From Tubulanus polymorphus (Eukaryota > Animalia > Nemertea), in assembly GCF_964204645.1 (NCBI RefSeq), contig NC_134027.1:6108485-6172484 (forward strand): a DNA stretch of 64,000 nucleotides. Direction: 5' to 3'. The translations under genes were made by a program, and so were the position numbers. The notes below the pieces were generated by a model. It was given only the letters and a program-made list of their open reading frames with translations. It did no database searches and was not told the DNA's origin. This document shows, one piece after another, positions 1 through 13,542 of this stretch; within the stretch, counting starts at the first letter, position 1; the number at the start of each line of letters is the position of its first letter.

Positions 1-478
1 CTAGAAATCAATTTTTGTGGAATAGTCCTGGTTTCTTTTCCATTGTAGTTTCATTTTAACTGCTACATTGCCTTACGTATTATCTACTAGATATTGATTA
101 TGTTGGCGCTAAAGGGTTAAAATATATCGAAAACCAACAAAGTTACTGAACAAACACGGTAGAATCAATTTCTAATGTACAAATCATACAATGGAAAAAG
201 AGAAAACGCAAGGCGTCGATTTCTGTTGGAAAGAACTTTTTATTTTACAATTTTTATCGGCGTTGCGAACGGTTTCTATGTTTCATTCTCACATTTCCTC
301 ACATAATATCGATAGAAATCTAACTGATTACCCGATAAATGCTTTATCATTCCACGGAAGTCCATAATCATTCGAAAGACACGAAAATTTATAGAAATGT
401 TTCTCATAATGTTTGCCATTTTACGATTGTATCTAACCCTTATCATTGTGAATAAATTGGTGCTGTTTTTTTTTTCAG

Positions 479-3400
479 AGGAACTGAATATGGAACAACA
501 AAATGTTTACTCGCAATTGGAACCCTCTTTTCCACCAGACGTAGCGCCACAAATGCTTGCAGATATCGCAGGATACGGATATGATATATCATCAATGAAA
601 AAAGACGAAGTGGTTTCTGATTTACCTAGTAGAACGCCTGATGGCCAAGAGGGCGATTTCAATCGCTCAGACAGACCAAGGACACTCAATTTCACCAGAC
701 AGGAGAAGTCCCAAGATTCGGAAAGTCCACTTATCGATGCAAATCAGAAAGAAAGACATGCGGAAGTTCAGTCGGAAGCTTTGCTGGCAGACAGTACAAG
801 AGGCGTAGATAAATCTGACTGTAAACGCCAAAAACCTACGGATGATAAAACTAAACAAGCTCCTCAGCGTTCAACCAAGGGCTCTAGAGGAAAAGATACA
901 AATGACAGGGAGAGGGGGAAAGATTTCAATAGAGGAGGAAATAACAGACACGAAGAATCATCCGAAGGTAAAGATCAGACATCACGGGAGAAAGGAAGAC
1001 ATGGAGAAAAATCTCAGCGAATTATACGTGACGATGATGATGTGGACATTGAGGAGATTGATCGCAGTTCTAAATCATATGACCGACGTGACAGAGACCG
1101 AGATCATGAGCGCAGTAGGTCAGAAAGATCGGACAGAACGAGAACCAAAGCCCGCGATAGAGACAGAGATAGAGAACATAAGAAGTCGAGGAATCGTGAC
1201 CGTGATCGAGATCGAGATCGAGATGGAGAAAGGGGAAGAGACGCCGATAAAGAAGGGTCAAGGTCAAGTGGGAGTGGAAGTGGAAGGGAACGAAGCAAAG
1301 ATAAAGCAGACCGTGAGACATCGAAATGTGACCGAGAACAAGATCTAGACAGATCAACAGCAAAAGACAAAGATAGACAAAGGAGAGCTAGGGATTCGGA
1401 AAGAGAGAGACACAGAGGTGACAATAGTCGCAGCGGTAACGTGAAACAGAATGATAAGAAACTCACCGACGAGAACGCACAACACGGCCAAAGTCAGGCG
1501 GATAGTTTTGACAGGGAGTTAGAAAGGTTTGGAACATCGCAGGTTGAAATAAGCCAACCACCAATAGACAATCAAATATCAGAGCAAGTTAGACACGAAG
1601 CTATGGTAGTGGAAGCAACAGATGCTGTGTCAATGAAATCACGAATTATTGACGAAGAGAGATGTGAAATCACGAGTGCCTCAAATACTGAATTCGGATT
1701 TTTCCCAGTCCATCCAGAACCTAGAACTACTAATAATCATATTGCTATAGAGCCCGCCCACCCTGAACCACGTCTGCCAGCACAAATAACGGAAGATGAT
1801 CAGCAATTACCTCCGCAATGTCAAATCGAAACACTTTCCCAGTCACCAAGCTATGAAAATCAAGATGTGATTATTGATTCGTCTTTCGCTCTTCAGCAAT
1901 CCACATTTCTACAAGAAGAACATGTTATTACAGATCCTACCCCAAAAACTAATAACCAAAATAATTTCCAGCAAATCACTTCATCAGGATGGGATAATTA
2001 TGAAACCGATGTTATTCCTGACATTCAGATCAGCTCGATGAATATGGAAAATGAAAGACCGTGTGAGGTAACAGCGCCAATGCCTCATTCACCTACTGAT
2101 TTAAATGGAGATGGGTCCTCGGTATATTGTAGTGATGAGGACACTTTGAATTATGGACCTTGTTATTTTGATAATATCGATCATCAAAATCTCGACTACA
2201 AAGATATTCCGGATATGATCAGTGTGATAGATACGTACGGCGTTGGACCTGACGATATGCGGTTACCGGAAGTGAATTTAGACCACGCCCAAATGAATAT
2301 GGATAATATGGTCTATGGTCAGCCCATGGATGGGTCGTTGTTTAATAGTGATAATATTGAAAGTATCGTCGTTGATGACATTACAAGAGGTTCTCTGGAC
2401 GTTCTCTCCACGCAACACGATACCAATAGTCTGAATATAGCGGCATATGCAGCCGCCATTTCGAGCAACACGGCACAACTTACGAATCTAAGCGTGTCAC
2501 CGACGGATTTAATGGCCTATAGAGATAGCGGTACTATCGTGGAACCAGTCGACTTGTCGCCGACATCATCACAGGAAGACTTATCGCAATTTGCAGAGGA
2601 GGAGTTGATCGAGTTTGCAGATCCGTCGCAAAAAGATGTCGAGCAAGGCGCGCAAAGACAGAAAAGTCGTCCACCTACATCCGACTGGTCGCCTGTCATT
2701 GATCTTTCACCCATTGAAGACGTATCACCTTCAATCGAGGAAGCTGAAGAGGAAGAAATGTACGTTGTCCAAAGTGAAGATTATACTCCTTTACCAGGAT
2801 TGAAACGATATCAGAATTTCGACGATATTTCCCAACTGCAAAATGCATGCGACAATATAAATATTTGTCAAATGGAGGATATGTCCGATTATGCTGGTAA
2901 TGACGAAGAGAAAATGAGTGAAAGTGATATATACGAAAGTGAACCAGTACCCGCTATTGTAACTAGCAATAACAATAATGTACAAGCTTCAGGAGGAAGC
3001 AGTGAATCGGAAAGTACCGATACCTCGTCCGAAATATCCGTAGCTAAGCGTATACATCGTAAACTACCGCAGCCAACTCAAGAAATGTTGAGTAACGCCA
3101 TAAATACTGCAAAGTCTTCGGGTACAGCGTTCTTCAGACAATTTCAACAATATCTGAATAAAGACGCAGAAAACGAAGCTAGCAGTAGTGTGAAAAGAAG
3201 CGATATAATTGACATTTCTGAGAAAACTACTACTTCACAGGCATCTTCATTTTCCACGACGTCAATTAGTGACAGTAAATTGCAAACAGAAATTATAGAG
3301 CAAAAGTCGGAAACGCACGTCATCAATGTTGAAACTTCTTCCAATGTTTATCCCTCAGATGTCGGCTTAACATCTTCCAAACAAACCCATTCGGAATCGT

Positions 3401-6400
3401 ACATCCCCGTGTCCGCAAAACAAGCCCAACATATAGATTATGCAGATGACTCACGCGAAAGAGCTGAAAATGAAAAGAATAAGAAACTAAATCGAAAAGA
3501 AGATACATTCCGAAAATCTGAGATAGTTGATACTGCTAATGTAGACAGGGAACACATAGTGCCTCCAAAAATCGTCGTGAATACAAGTAACAGGGTCCAA
3601 GAGCCTCAAAGTAGTGGATTAAGCAAATACGAGGAGCCTGCGAACGCAAGCTTAAAAGAAATGAAATCCAAACCACATCCTCTTAAGCTAATACACGCTG
3701 AAGGAGATGAAGAAAATGCTTCGCCGCAATATTGGGTGAGTAGGAATTTCCATTTCGATCTCGGATAAAATGGTTTAAAAGAAAAAAGAAACGCTTTACA
3801 TCAAACGTCAAAAAAAGGGCATCTAAAATCCAATACACCTTCTAGTCGGAGACTTTATTTAGCCTTGAGGCCCGGCAACTGAATACTGACCGAAATGTAG
3901 ACGAATAATTAGCGGTTTAAACCATTGTAACAGATGCTCGAAAACCCAGTTAATTATGCAAATCCCGTATATAGATATCATGCAGCAATTTATATAAGTG
4001 AAATGCTGCAGTAATTAGACTGATTTATTGCTTCGAGATAGAAGATCCTCATTGATCAAATTTAATGCGTTGAGCCTTAAATGTATTAAAGTATTATTAG
4101 TCTATCCATAAAGCCTCAAGTGTAAGTTAATTCAATTCCATGATAACCATTGCATATGAGACCCGCGCAGTCAGTTGCTGGTGTACTGTTAAAACGACAA
4201 CCATACTATACTATATAATAACATATCAATTAGAAAAATTAACGTGTTCCATTTCAGTTAACACAGAATGCAAATTTTTCGCATCGATTTCGTCGTTGCA
4301 TGACATGAAACATGGCCAAGTTTTGCATGTTACGTAAAGACGGAATTCGTGTCATTACTTAAAAAATTAAACCCTTAAACCGTTTAATCATGTTTTATGT
4401 TGACAATAAACGATGAAGCGCTTGTAAAACTTGTAAGACTTGTGTTAAGCGCTTTAAAATACGCTTTATGCCCAAGAGGAAACATTTGCCGATGTATTAT
4501 CATCATCGGCAGCAAACTATATTCCCTGTTCGAGATGTTGTTTCCATGGTAACTGCCTCCGTATTCTGAATGTACTACGGTTGGTGTATTTACGAGAGCG
4601 CCGACATCTTCAACAAGGCGACCACATATTGTAAATCCGACTGCTAAATGTATGTCAATGCCACGCCAACGCGACAGTACCATCGACCAATTCAAGTGGT
4701 CATGATTGATATCTTTAGCCCAGTTAATTCAAACAATATTGCCAACATGCAAATATGCAAATATGGCGTCTCGGAACAATATCCCACTTCCGCTGGTTGT
4801 GCACGCTTTTATTTGCTAAGCTCTCAAATACAGTTGCTTCAAAATGAAAATTCACTAATCGTCTATTTCTCTCACAAAAGTTGCCACCAATTGAGCCAAT
4901 AGTTTGATCATAATTTCATAATTGTCGTATATTATATAGGTCTTTCGGAAATTTTTGCAAGATATGAGATTACTGGGACTTCTCGGAGATCTTTAGTCAT
5001 CAATATAACCCAAAATACCATTTTAAATGTGTTTTCAATTAGCATAAATAGATTGTATAGAAATAAAGGGGCGATAAACATGTACAAATCTTTTTTAAAT
5101 ATTTAGATTAATAGTTCGAATATGTATGTCAAAAATTCCGTTTGTAGTTAGTAACAAATACATATATAGCATCACTTGATATAAATCAGCAATTCCGGTC
5201 CGTTTTGCACAGCCCACAACTTTCTTGGGCTATTAACAAAATTGCCTCTTTTGACTGTGTGTATCTATTGGAAGAAGTTCCCATAACTTGTGCTCAAATA
5301 GAATACAATGACAGTTGCTCAATTTTCGAAGAAAGATGAGTTGTACCACTGCGAATCAGTAACAGACCATGAATCCATAAATAGCTGCATGTTGCTGGCG
5401 TGTCGTGTGTGTGTGATGCTGTAAAATTGATGAATCAATCAGTTGATACTGTAGCGAGTGTCCGTGTATCTGCATCTGTTTTATTTCTGCTGCATACGCG
5501 TAGGTACTGAAATCACCTGTGACACCCGAAGCTGCAAAGAAAAAGGAGGCGAAATCGTACGACCAATACGACGACGGCGAGCGAGGAGTGACCAAGTCTT
5601 CCGACGAGGATAACCCAGCATTCATCTACCCGTCACCTGTAACGCCACCAGATTCAAACGCGTCACCACCGAAACCTCAATCCCCATCGCTGCCGATAGA
5701 AACCAACCTGGCTACCTCGAACGTCGATTGGAAACGAACATCTTCAGTGACCACTGCCTCAACAAGTGTTGCTTCATCAAAGGTATGCTCGTACATTCTT
5801 TACTTCTATTCTCATAAAGACGTATTCGCCTTCATAATCAATTCTTTTAGCGTCATGTCTGGTATACGTCAAATGTTAATTCCGTCTAGAATTAATTCAA
5901 TTTACTCAGCGGGTTGACTCACTCTTCTCCTATTCTGTCTTCAACCAGAATCGCGTCATCTCAATGCAGATTCGTAGGCTACAGGTCGGCGCGTATGCCA
6001 AACGTTAGGTCGATGGAAAATATATTCTAATCAACATGAATAGATAACTAAGATACAACGTAAGCGAAGAAAGCTAATCCAATATCAGTGTCTCTTATTC
6101 AAATTATAGAATACAAAATTGAAAAAAAATTACAATGCAAATTTAATTCGCGAAGTACGTATGTAACGTTATCTGTTACCCTGATGCGAATACCATAATG
6201 TCGATTACCGCTGAAACCAAATTGTATTCGTAGTTGGTGAAAAGCTTTTTCGGTTTTTATAAGCACAAACTTAGACGTGTGTATTATTATCATTCGCCGC
6301 GCTTAGATCTATCTCATCATCGGCACAATAGTCAAACATACACAGGACGTCATTGGACGATAATATATATTGATTGATACAATCCTGCACGAATCACTTA

Positions 6401-9400
6401 TCGAAAGATGCAAATATATTGCCAACATCGATCTTGCGGGGACAATATAGTATACAAATATATATGAATATCATAGGGCCTTTGAAGTCTGGCTATGCAA
6501 AATGCTTTCGAAGACATGCAAATTTGAGACCGACGTATTGAGACTACGAACTGGTTACAAAACCATATATCTTTGATTTGGAATTGTACACACATGCTTA
6601 TATCTTGTCCAGTTTCACAAAAATAAATTCTGATTATTGATGACTTCTCAATTTCAATAACGATAAAAGTGATTATTTCTGTGAAATTGGACCCAGAAAC
6701 GAGTTCTAAACATTCCGCATAATTGGAGTTGAGTCCCTGGTACGGTTTCATCATATTCTCCTATGAATGATGGCTACGGGTTAAAAGATTATTACGTGAT
6801 CTAATGCGATAATGATTTATTTATTTACGAGTACACGGATCCTACATTGGGATTTAGTGCATTCTCTGCAGTAAAGGGAAATTTACAATATGCGGACATT
6901 TTCTATTATGCATACTAAATTAGAGCATTCTGCACGTAGCAGTTTACGATGGATTTGATCCACTACCATAATATGAGCGCCCGATCGACACCGTTTCTTT
7001 CACTTGAATCAAGTTCATCTATATTTTCATTTTTAGATAATTAGTTTGCCCAATACCCATCATACAATTCTGATAGACGCAGATTTGAATTCATCAAAAT
7101 ATGTAAATATATGGGTATATAATCTAAGAATCGGGTTTAAGTCTGTTTAAGATTGGTTTTTTGTTCGATAAAAGCCCTTTCTTCATCTTATGGAATATAT
7201 ATTTCATTTGCCTAATAGAAACAATTTCTGCATAAATTCCCGCACTGATACATATACACATATTCGTCAAATATCTCGGCATAGTATCCGTTTTCGATTT
7301 TGATGCGATATTGAAAAACCTTTTTCCAATATTGCATTAGAATAAGTCGTGTCACTTGATAAGCCGAAACCTGTCACTCGCCAGTCCTGTTAATGTTTGT
7401 TGAAAGTATACATCAATGTTATTGTGCGTTTGATGTGTGATTTAGATCGGTTTGAATAAAATAGTAATTAAAAATCGTATAGTTGAATACTGATTATACG
7501 TGAAACTCCAGAGATCAGAGACTTGTTATAATAACGTACTGGATAAACCTTCATCTGTGGAGATATTGATTAATTGCTAATTTCTATTGCATTGCTGGAT
7601 TGTCTTTTTACAGAACGAGTCACCAGGTCAGCCTGGTGAAGGTGTACAGAAAAAAATTCGACGAAAACTGCCACCACTGCCACCGGGCGTTGTCGAAAGC
7701 CCCGTTCCGTCGAGAAATGCTTCGGAAAGGACGGCTAGTGAAGATCGCGACAAGCCTGCGGTGCCACCAAAACCAGTTCGAGGTGTCGCGAGGAAAAACT
7801 CTGCTCCTCGAAATGAAGTCGAATACAACCGAACCGAACAAAAACCGGCGCCAAAAGCCGTCGTGGAAGTTTCCAAAGAGCGCGTATCTGCGATGCGTGA
7901 TCGTTTTGAGCAAGCAGCAGCCGCCGAAAGCCCGCCACCACCACCAATCATCCGCCGAGATTCGCCGAAAAGATCGAAAGCTCAGGAAAAACGCCAACAG
8001 AAAACGGACGAAAATCAAGTGCCTTCAGACATCCAGCCAACACCTAAACCTCAACCCATTCATGATAAATCTCAACCAGCTTCGTCTACTGCCAAACTCC
8101 AACCGTCGAAGAAGATAGGTGAAACACGACAACAAAAAACAATGAAGGAAAGTGCAAGAGAGGAAACTATCAGTATTCGAGGGATACATGTCCCGAAAAA
8201 GGTAAAGGTTATGAAAGATTTGGTGAAAGATGAACTAAAGTTAGTGACATACTCGAGAAAAAGGCAAATTGAAGAATTAGAAGAAATACGCACTCTTGAA
8301 AAGCAATTAGATGATATACGGGAATTGGAAAGGCAACAGCGAGAAGAGCTACAGATGAAATTGGCCGATCAGGCTCAAGCAGATCAAATTAAACAGATAG
8401 AAACGATGAGGCTAATGAAATCCGCCTCGCATTCACCTTTACTAAGCGGTCGCATTTCTCCACATGTATCACCCAGTCGATTCTATACGACTCGACAAAA
8501 TTCCGACCCGCTTTTAGCAAAATTCTCACCCATCGAGGAATATAAAGACATTGAAAAGGAGTACTTCAGGAAACACCTCTCCAGGACGAAATATAGGTCT
8601 CCCGATACAGTCGCATTGGACAACAGACCTATTCACCGAACGGGCCTTAATTCGTACGATCAGCTGATGAACACTTTGCGCGGTAGAAGTCGCGATCGTG
8701 AAAATAAATATGCAAGAAGTAACAATCGCCTATCACGATCGTCGGAATACTTAACTCGGGACAGCGGTTATGAGACATACGGCGTGTACGCGGCTCCAAC
8801 ACCGCTCGCGGGAAGTCGATCCGAACGGTCGTTGTTGACCGCTTTCGACGACGACCCGATTAGTTATTACGGATATACTAACAACCAGAGACGATATACC
8901 AGGGATAAGTCACCAGGGCGTATATCTGACATTACTGGAATCCGTTACAGGTCACAAAGTCACGGAAGGGTTCCAGAAATGTCGTTACCCCGCGATTTAC
9001 GCGTTTCGGACGATGAGCTGTTACGTTACGATATTTGGCGTTACGAGGATGAGGTGATCAGAAAACGTTACCGAGATGCGAACGCCGCTCTGTTTCCGAG
9101 CGATTCACTTCCTAAAGGTATCATCAAACCGATTGCCGATTCGCCGATACCAAAACCAGAGGGTCGTCAGAGTCGTCGTGATCGGTATCTACAATCCAGC
9201 GCGTTCGTGCCCGTGAAAAGTGCTCCATCGAAAGCGCGAACGTATAGTTCAAGCGAGTATCTCTCACATCGAGGCGGTGATAGAGTCGAAACAACGCATC
9301 AGTATTATCCGGTATCGGGATTCGATCAGTTCTACTCGGATCCGCGCAATCTCAACCCTCAGAGAACGACAGGTTACAACATTAGTAAAGATTCAGGAAT

Positions 9401-12400
9401 GTCGAGCGGTCGAATTGATGACTTCTCACCGGTTGCTACGGATACGAACAGTGAAGCAAGTATCAATGATAAGACTCCTGCTATGCCTCTTCTTGGTGAT
9501 CTTACCGGGAAATCACGCAAACGCCTACACCACATCAGCAGCAGCCGACCGACATCAGGGGAATTCGATGCCTACTTCGAACTAGAGGGTTTGTACTTAA
9601 CAACACTACCCCACCCGACTCCCTACCGAATTAGATACCTTTCTCGGTTTCAATATATCGCCTAACTTTTAAAAAACATACATCATGTGGTATTACAATT
9701 ACATGTATATAAGTAACATACAAATTAACGTATACATGGTACATAGTTATCAATAGAATATTAAACAGAACCGCTCGTTCTTTTTTTTCAAGTGAATTCG
9801 TACGTAAGTTGCATTTTTGCATTTCAGAAGGTTTTAACGATCTCCATCGCACGGAAAGTGATATCAGTTTTGGTGGAGATTCCGATGAGCCTATTATGGA
9901 GCACATGACTGAGGGTGGGGTCACCATACTGAGAAGAAAAGTCAAAGAAAAGGTGATCATATAAAAGTATATTACATATGTCATAAATGATAATAAAAGA
10001 TCGCGTGACGACTCTAGAGAGTGAGAGATAGGTCTTTAATGAAAGGATGATTTCTAAGAATTGTAATCATATATTTGTACATGTTACGTTTTACCATAAC
10101 GTACCATAACCGTACCATAACGTCGTTTTCAGCCACCGTGTCCACAGCGCCCGAAAAAGTATCCATATCAAACGAAGCGAATTCTCCTGACCAGAGATCC
10201 CAATCGATCATTAAAAGGTATTTCTTATACGTCTATCAAAGTAGATTCGGAATTTACCGCCGGTATTTATAATTTTGAAGCCATAATTCCTGAAAATGAT
10301 TATTTTTCCGCGAGGATTGTTTACCATATGAATACCACGTGATAAATATCTGGTGGATTATTTTAGGTAACGGTCTCGGTATGAAGATTATCGGAGGTAA
10401 AATAATTCCGGGAACGATGGGAAATACCACGGGAGCGTTTGTGCAGACCATCTATCCGGGCGGCGTCGGTGAACAGCTTCACGGAGAATTACAAGAAGGT
10501 AAATAAACATGAAATACAAATTAACAAAAATATCATAACGGTACTTCAAAACAATTCCATTCCAAATATTATACATGTATCGTATTATATCGTATTGAAT
10601 TTTTTATTACCAGAGTACGTGTATTTAATGTCGTTAATTTTGAACAATATTTATCAGAGGAGAGAGAAATTTAAAACCTGTGGTGTAGGAGTATGAGGGT
10701 GGCATTGATTTTGGAGTGAATTCAATTCGCTTAAGGCATGCATATTCAGGCGACCAGCATGTGCATTGCTTCCTATCCGTATCTATTACGATACATTTCG
10801 TATTTTGTCTTGCTGTTGTTATTCACTGAACTCCGGCAATTCCAGGTGATCAGATTCTCGAGTGGAATGGCATTGAACTCAGTGGCAAATCATATGAAGA
10901 GGTTCAACAGATAACCACGCAACCGAATGGTGAAATTGATTTAGTCGTTAAAGCGTATGTCATCATTCTGTCTATCTACACAGAGACTAAAATAGATCGG
11001 CTGATTTTATTAAATCTATTCTAATATCATATTTAAATGTCATGTATATATTTAGTAATAATTGTATCTTGAGCAGCAATGAGCAGCCGGCTTCTCTGAC
11101 GCACAGTACTAGTAAGACATCATCTAACTCAATAGTGTCGACTTTGAAGTCCGATAGCTGCCACTCCCTTTACGACAATATTGACTTCACAAGTGCCAGT
11201 GACCACGATGATTACGGTACGATTGAGAATAACTGGTAAAAGGCTAATTTTCGTGTTTATTTAAGTCTCCATATTTACATACGTAATTTTCATTCCGTAT
11301 TAGATTCGTATTTCAAAGAGCACCAACACGGGGTGGATCCATCGTTGTTAGCCGCTCATTTGGAAGGCATTAAAAATCGAATGTCGCCCGGAATCTCCCC
11401 GACTTCTTCCCAACACGAAATGAACCAACAGCAATCAACGCCAAAACAATCGCACGAAAAGCCCCGACAAGAAAAACAAGTAAGGCAAAATCGAAAACTT
11501 CCGCAGTCGTCTTCACAACCGCAAATAGAGTCGGCCCAGTCACAACCGGAGCTGCGTCAAACTAAACCACACCGACATCACAAGGAATCCAGGCAACAAA
11601 AACATCATCATAAAAAGGAGGCAAATGAGACTAAACCAATTTCGGGACATTCCAAATCCGCTGAATTACTATCACACTCCGATTCTCCGAAATCCAGTTC
11701 ATCTCATAAAGAAAAGGTAAATATAAAGCTTTTCGTTGATGCGTGAATGTTTTGCAAGTTCGCGAAGAATCTTCATATTTCCTTGATTATTTGACAAGCA
11801 GACAAATAATCATAATAAAAACTGAATATAGCTAATGCAATAAATTCGAATCGTCGGAAATTTTGTCTCTGATTCATATTCGCATTAAACAATACATTTC
11901 ATTAGGCGCGAAGTCCCAAACCAAACATGCAAGAGGAAAAGTACATAGGAGAAATTCAGGTAAGCATAATCTTCGGCGAAAACAGCCATACTGGTTCTCA
12001 GCGAAGAAATATTCATAAATATGTAGGAGTATTCTCTTGAAAAATTACATTTCTAGCTACAATTTGATTTTGATGACTACGACGAATCGCTCAGTGTTCA
12101 CGTGGTTAAAGCCAAGGATCTGGTCCCAAAAAGTGGCGGTGCAACGGTTCTGAATCCATACGTGAAAATGTTCCTATTGCCAGGGCGTGGGTACGTAGAT
12201 TGTTTTGGAAAGCAAGTTGTATACAGAGTGTTCTTAAGCGGCCATAATCTCACTTCACATTCCACGATCTTAACATTCGTATTTCAATTTGGTTTTTTGC
12301 AGACCGGACAACCGTCGGAAGACAAAATTCATTCCGGACACGACCGATCCCGAGTGGCACCATACACTCGTATTCATGACGACTCCCCGAAGCGAATTGA

Positions 12401-13511
12401 AGAAAAGAACACTGGAAATCACCGTTTGGAATTACGAAAAAGGCCGTTCTCCTCATGATAATCTCGGCGAAGTGGATATCGAATTCGCCGGTTAGTGCAG
12501 TAGTGACGTAGATGATGTATTCTGACAGTCATAAAAGTTATAGTTTAATTTGCTTGAAAGATTGAGACACAGATATGTGATAACAATATGATAAATAACA
12601 GTATGAAAATATAAGACAATCACAGTGATTTCCATTTTTTAACTATTTCTGTTATTGAAATCAGATTCTTCCATCATCGACAATAAACCTCACTGGTACA
12701 AATTGCGTCTGTCGAACATCGACGACACGGCCTCGGACCGGTCGACGAACGTTTCCAATTCGCCCAGTAAACATTCAACAGGACGAAAACACAAAGGCAA
12801 CAACAATGACAAGCATAACCGATCAAGGTCAAGGTCACCGAGTGCAAGTCGGAGAGATGCTTCACCGCGAACGCCAAATCACCGAGTCGGGCATGTATGT
12901 ATTTTCTGTGCGGTACCGTGTATACATTCATTTCTCGATTTGTGCATGTAGTTTGATTTTTCATAACGATCAAAATCACTGTAAACTCGTCGTTAAACTC
13001 GTCCTCCCCATTATTCTTGAATACATTTAATCGACGCAGAATATCAATTAATCATCATCGAAAATGGAACATTTTGAACTTAGAAAAAAATAAGAAAAGA
13101 TAGGTCGTAGCGGAAATGAGAGAAACCTCCTGCGACATGTACTGCTTCACGCGCGCTGTCTGTAAAATCCAGTGTTTTAATTTAACTCTGCACTGACGTG
13201 GTTTAATTTAGTAAGACTTAAGACTGAAAACCAATTACTTTTCCTCTCGTGGGTAACCCCGTATCTACTTCTGATTTTGGGAGAGGCGCACGCAAACTGA
13301 AGTTCTCGTCGCTTTCCTTTATGCACAAAACGGCTATTTCTGAATTTGAAATTTCTTTTTGTTTTTGCTTGTACGTTTGTTTTGGACCTCATATAGGGAC
13401 ATATTATTGGTTATTTTGAATTTTCAAACACGTATTGTGTGTGGTTTGAAATTGGAAATCATGAGAATCATATCGGGTTTTTTTTTTCATTTGTTATATG
13501 TATGTAACCTG

Positions 13512-13542
<31 letters not shown>

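Noticed and set aside
397-478. Hydrophobic N-terminus (MFLIMFAILRLYLTLIIV...) of the 1123-aa ORF, resembling a signal or TM segment
   Set aside because: It is intron sequence ending in a T-rich acceptor (tttttttcag, 478); the ORF is an internal exon.
5949-5984. Possible 36-nt in-frame microexon (NRVISMQIRRLQ)
   Set aside because: The acceptor is plausible but the donor (gtcggc) is weak; it cannot be supported without reads.
10092-10122. Three copies of TACCATAAC(C)G before an acceptor
   Set aside because: A short slippage repeat near a branch point with no further evidence of function.
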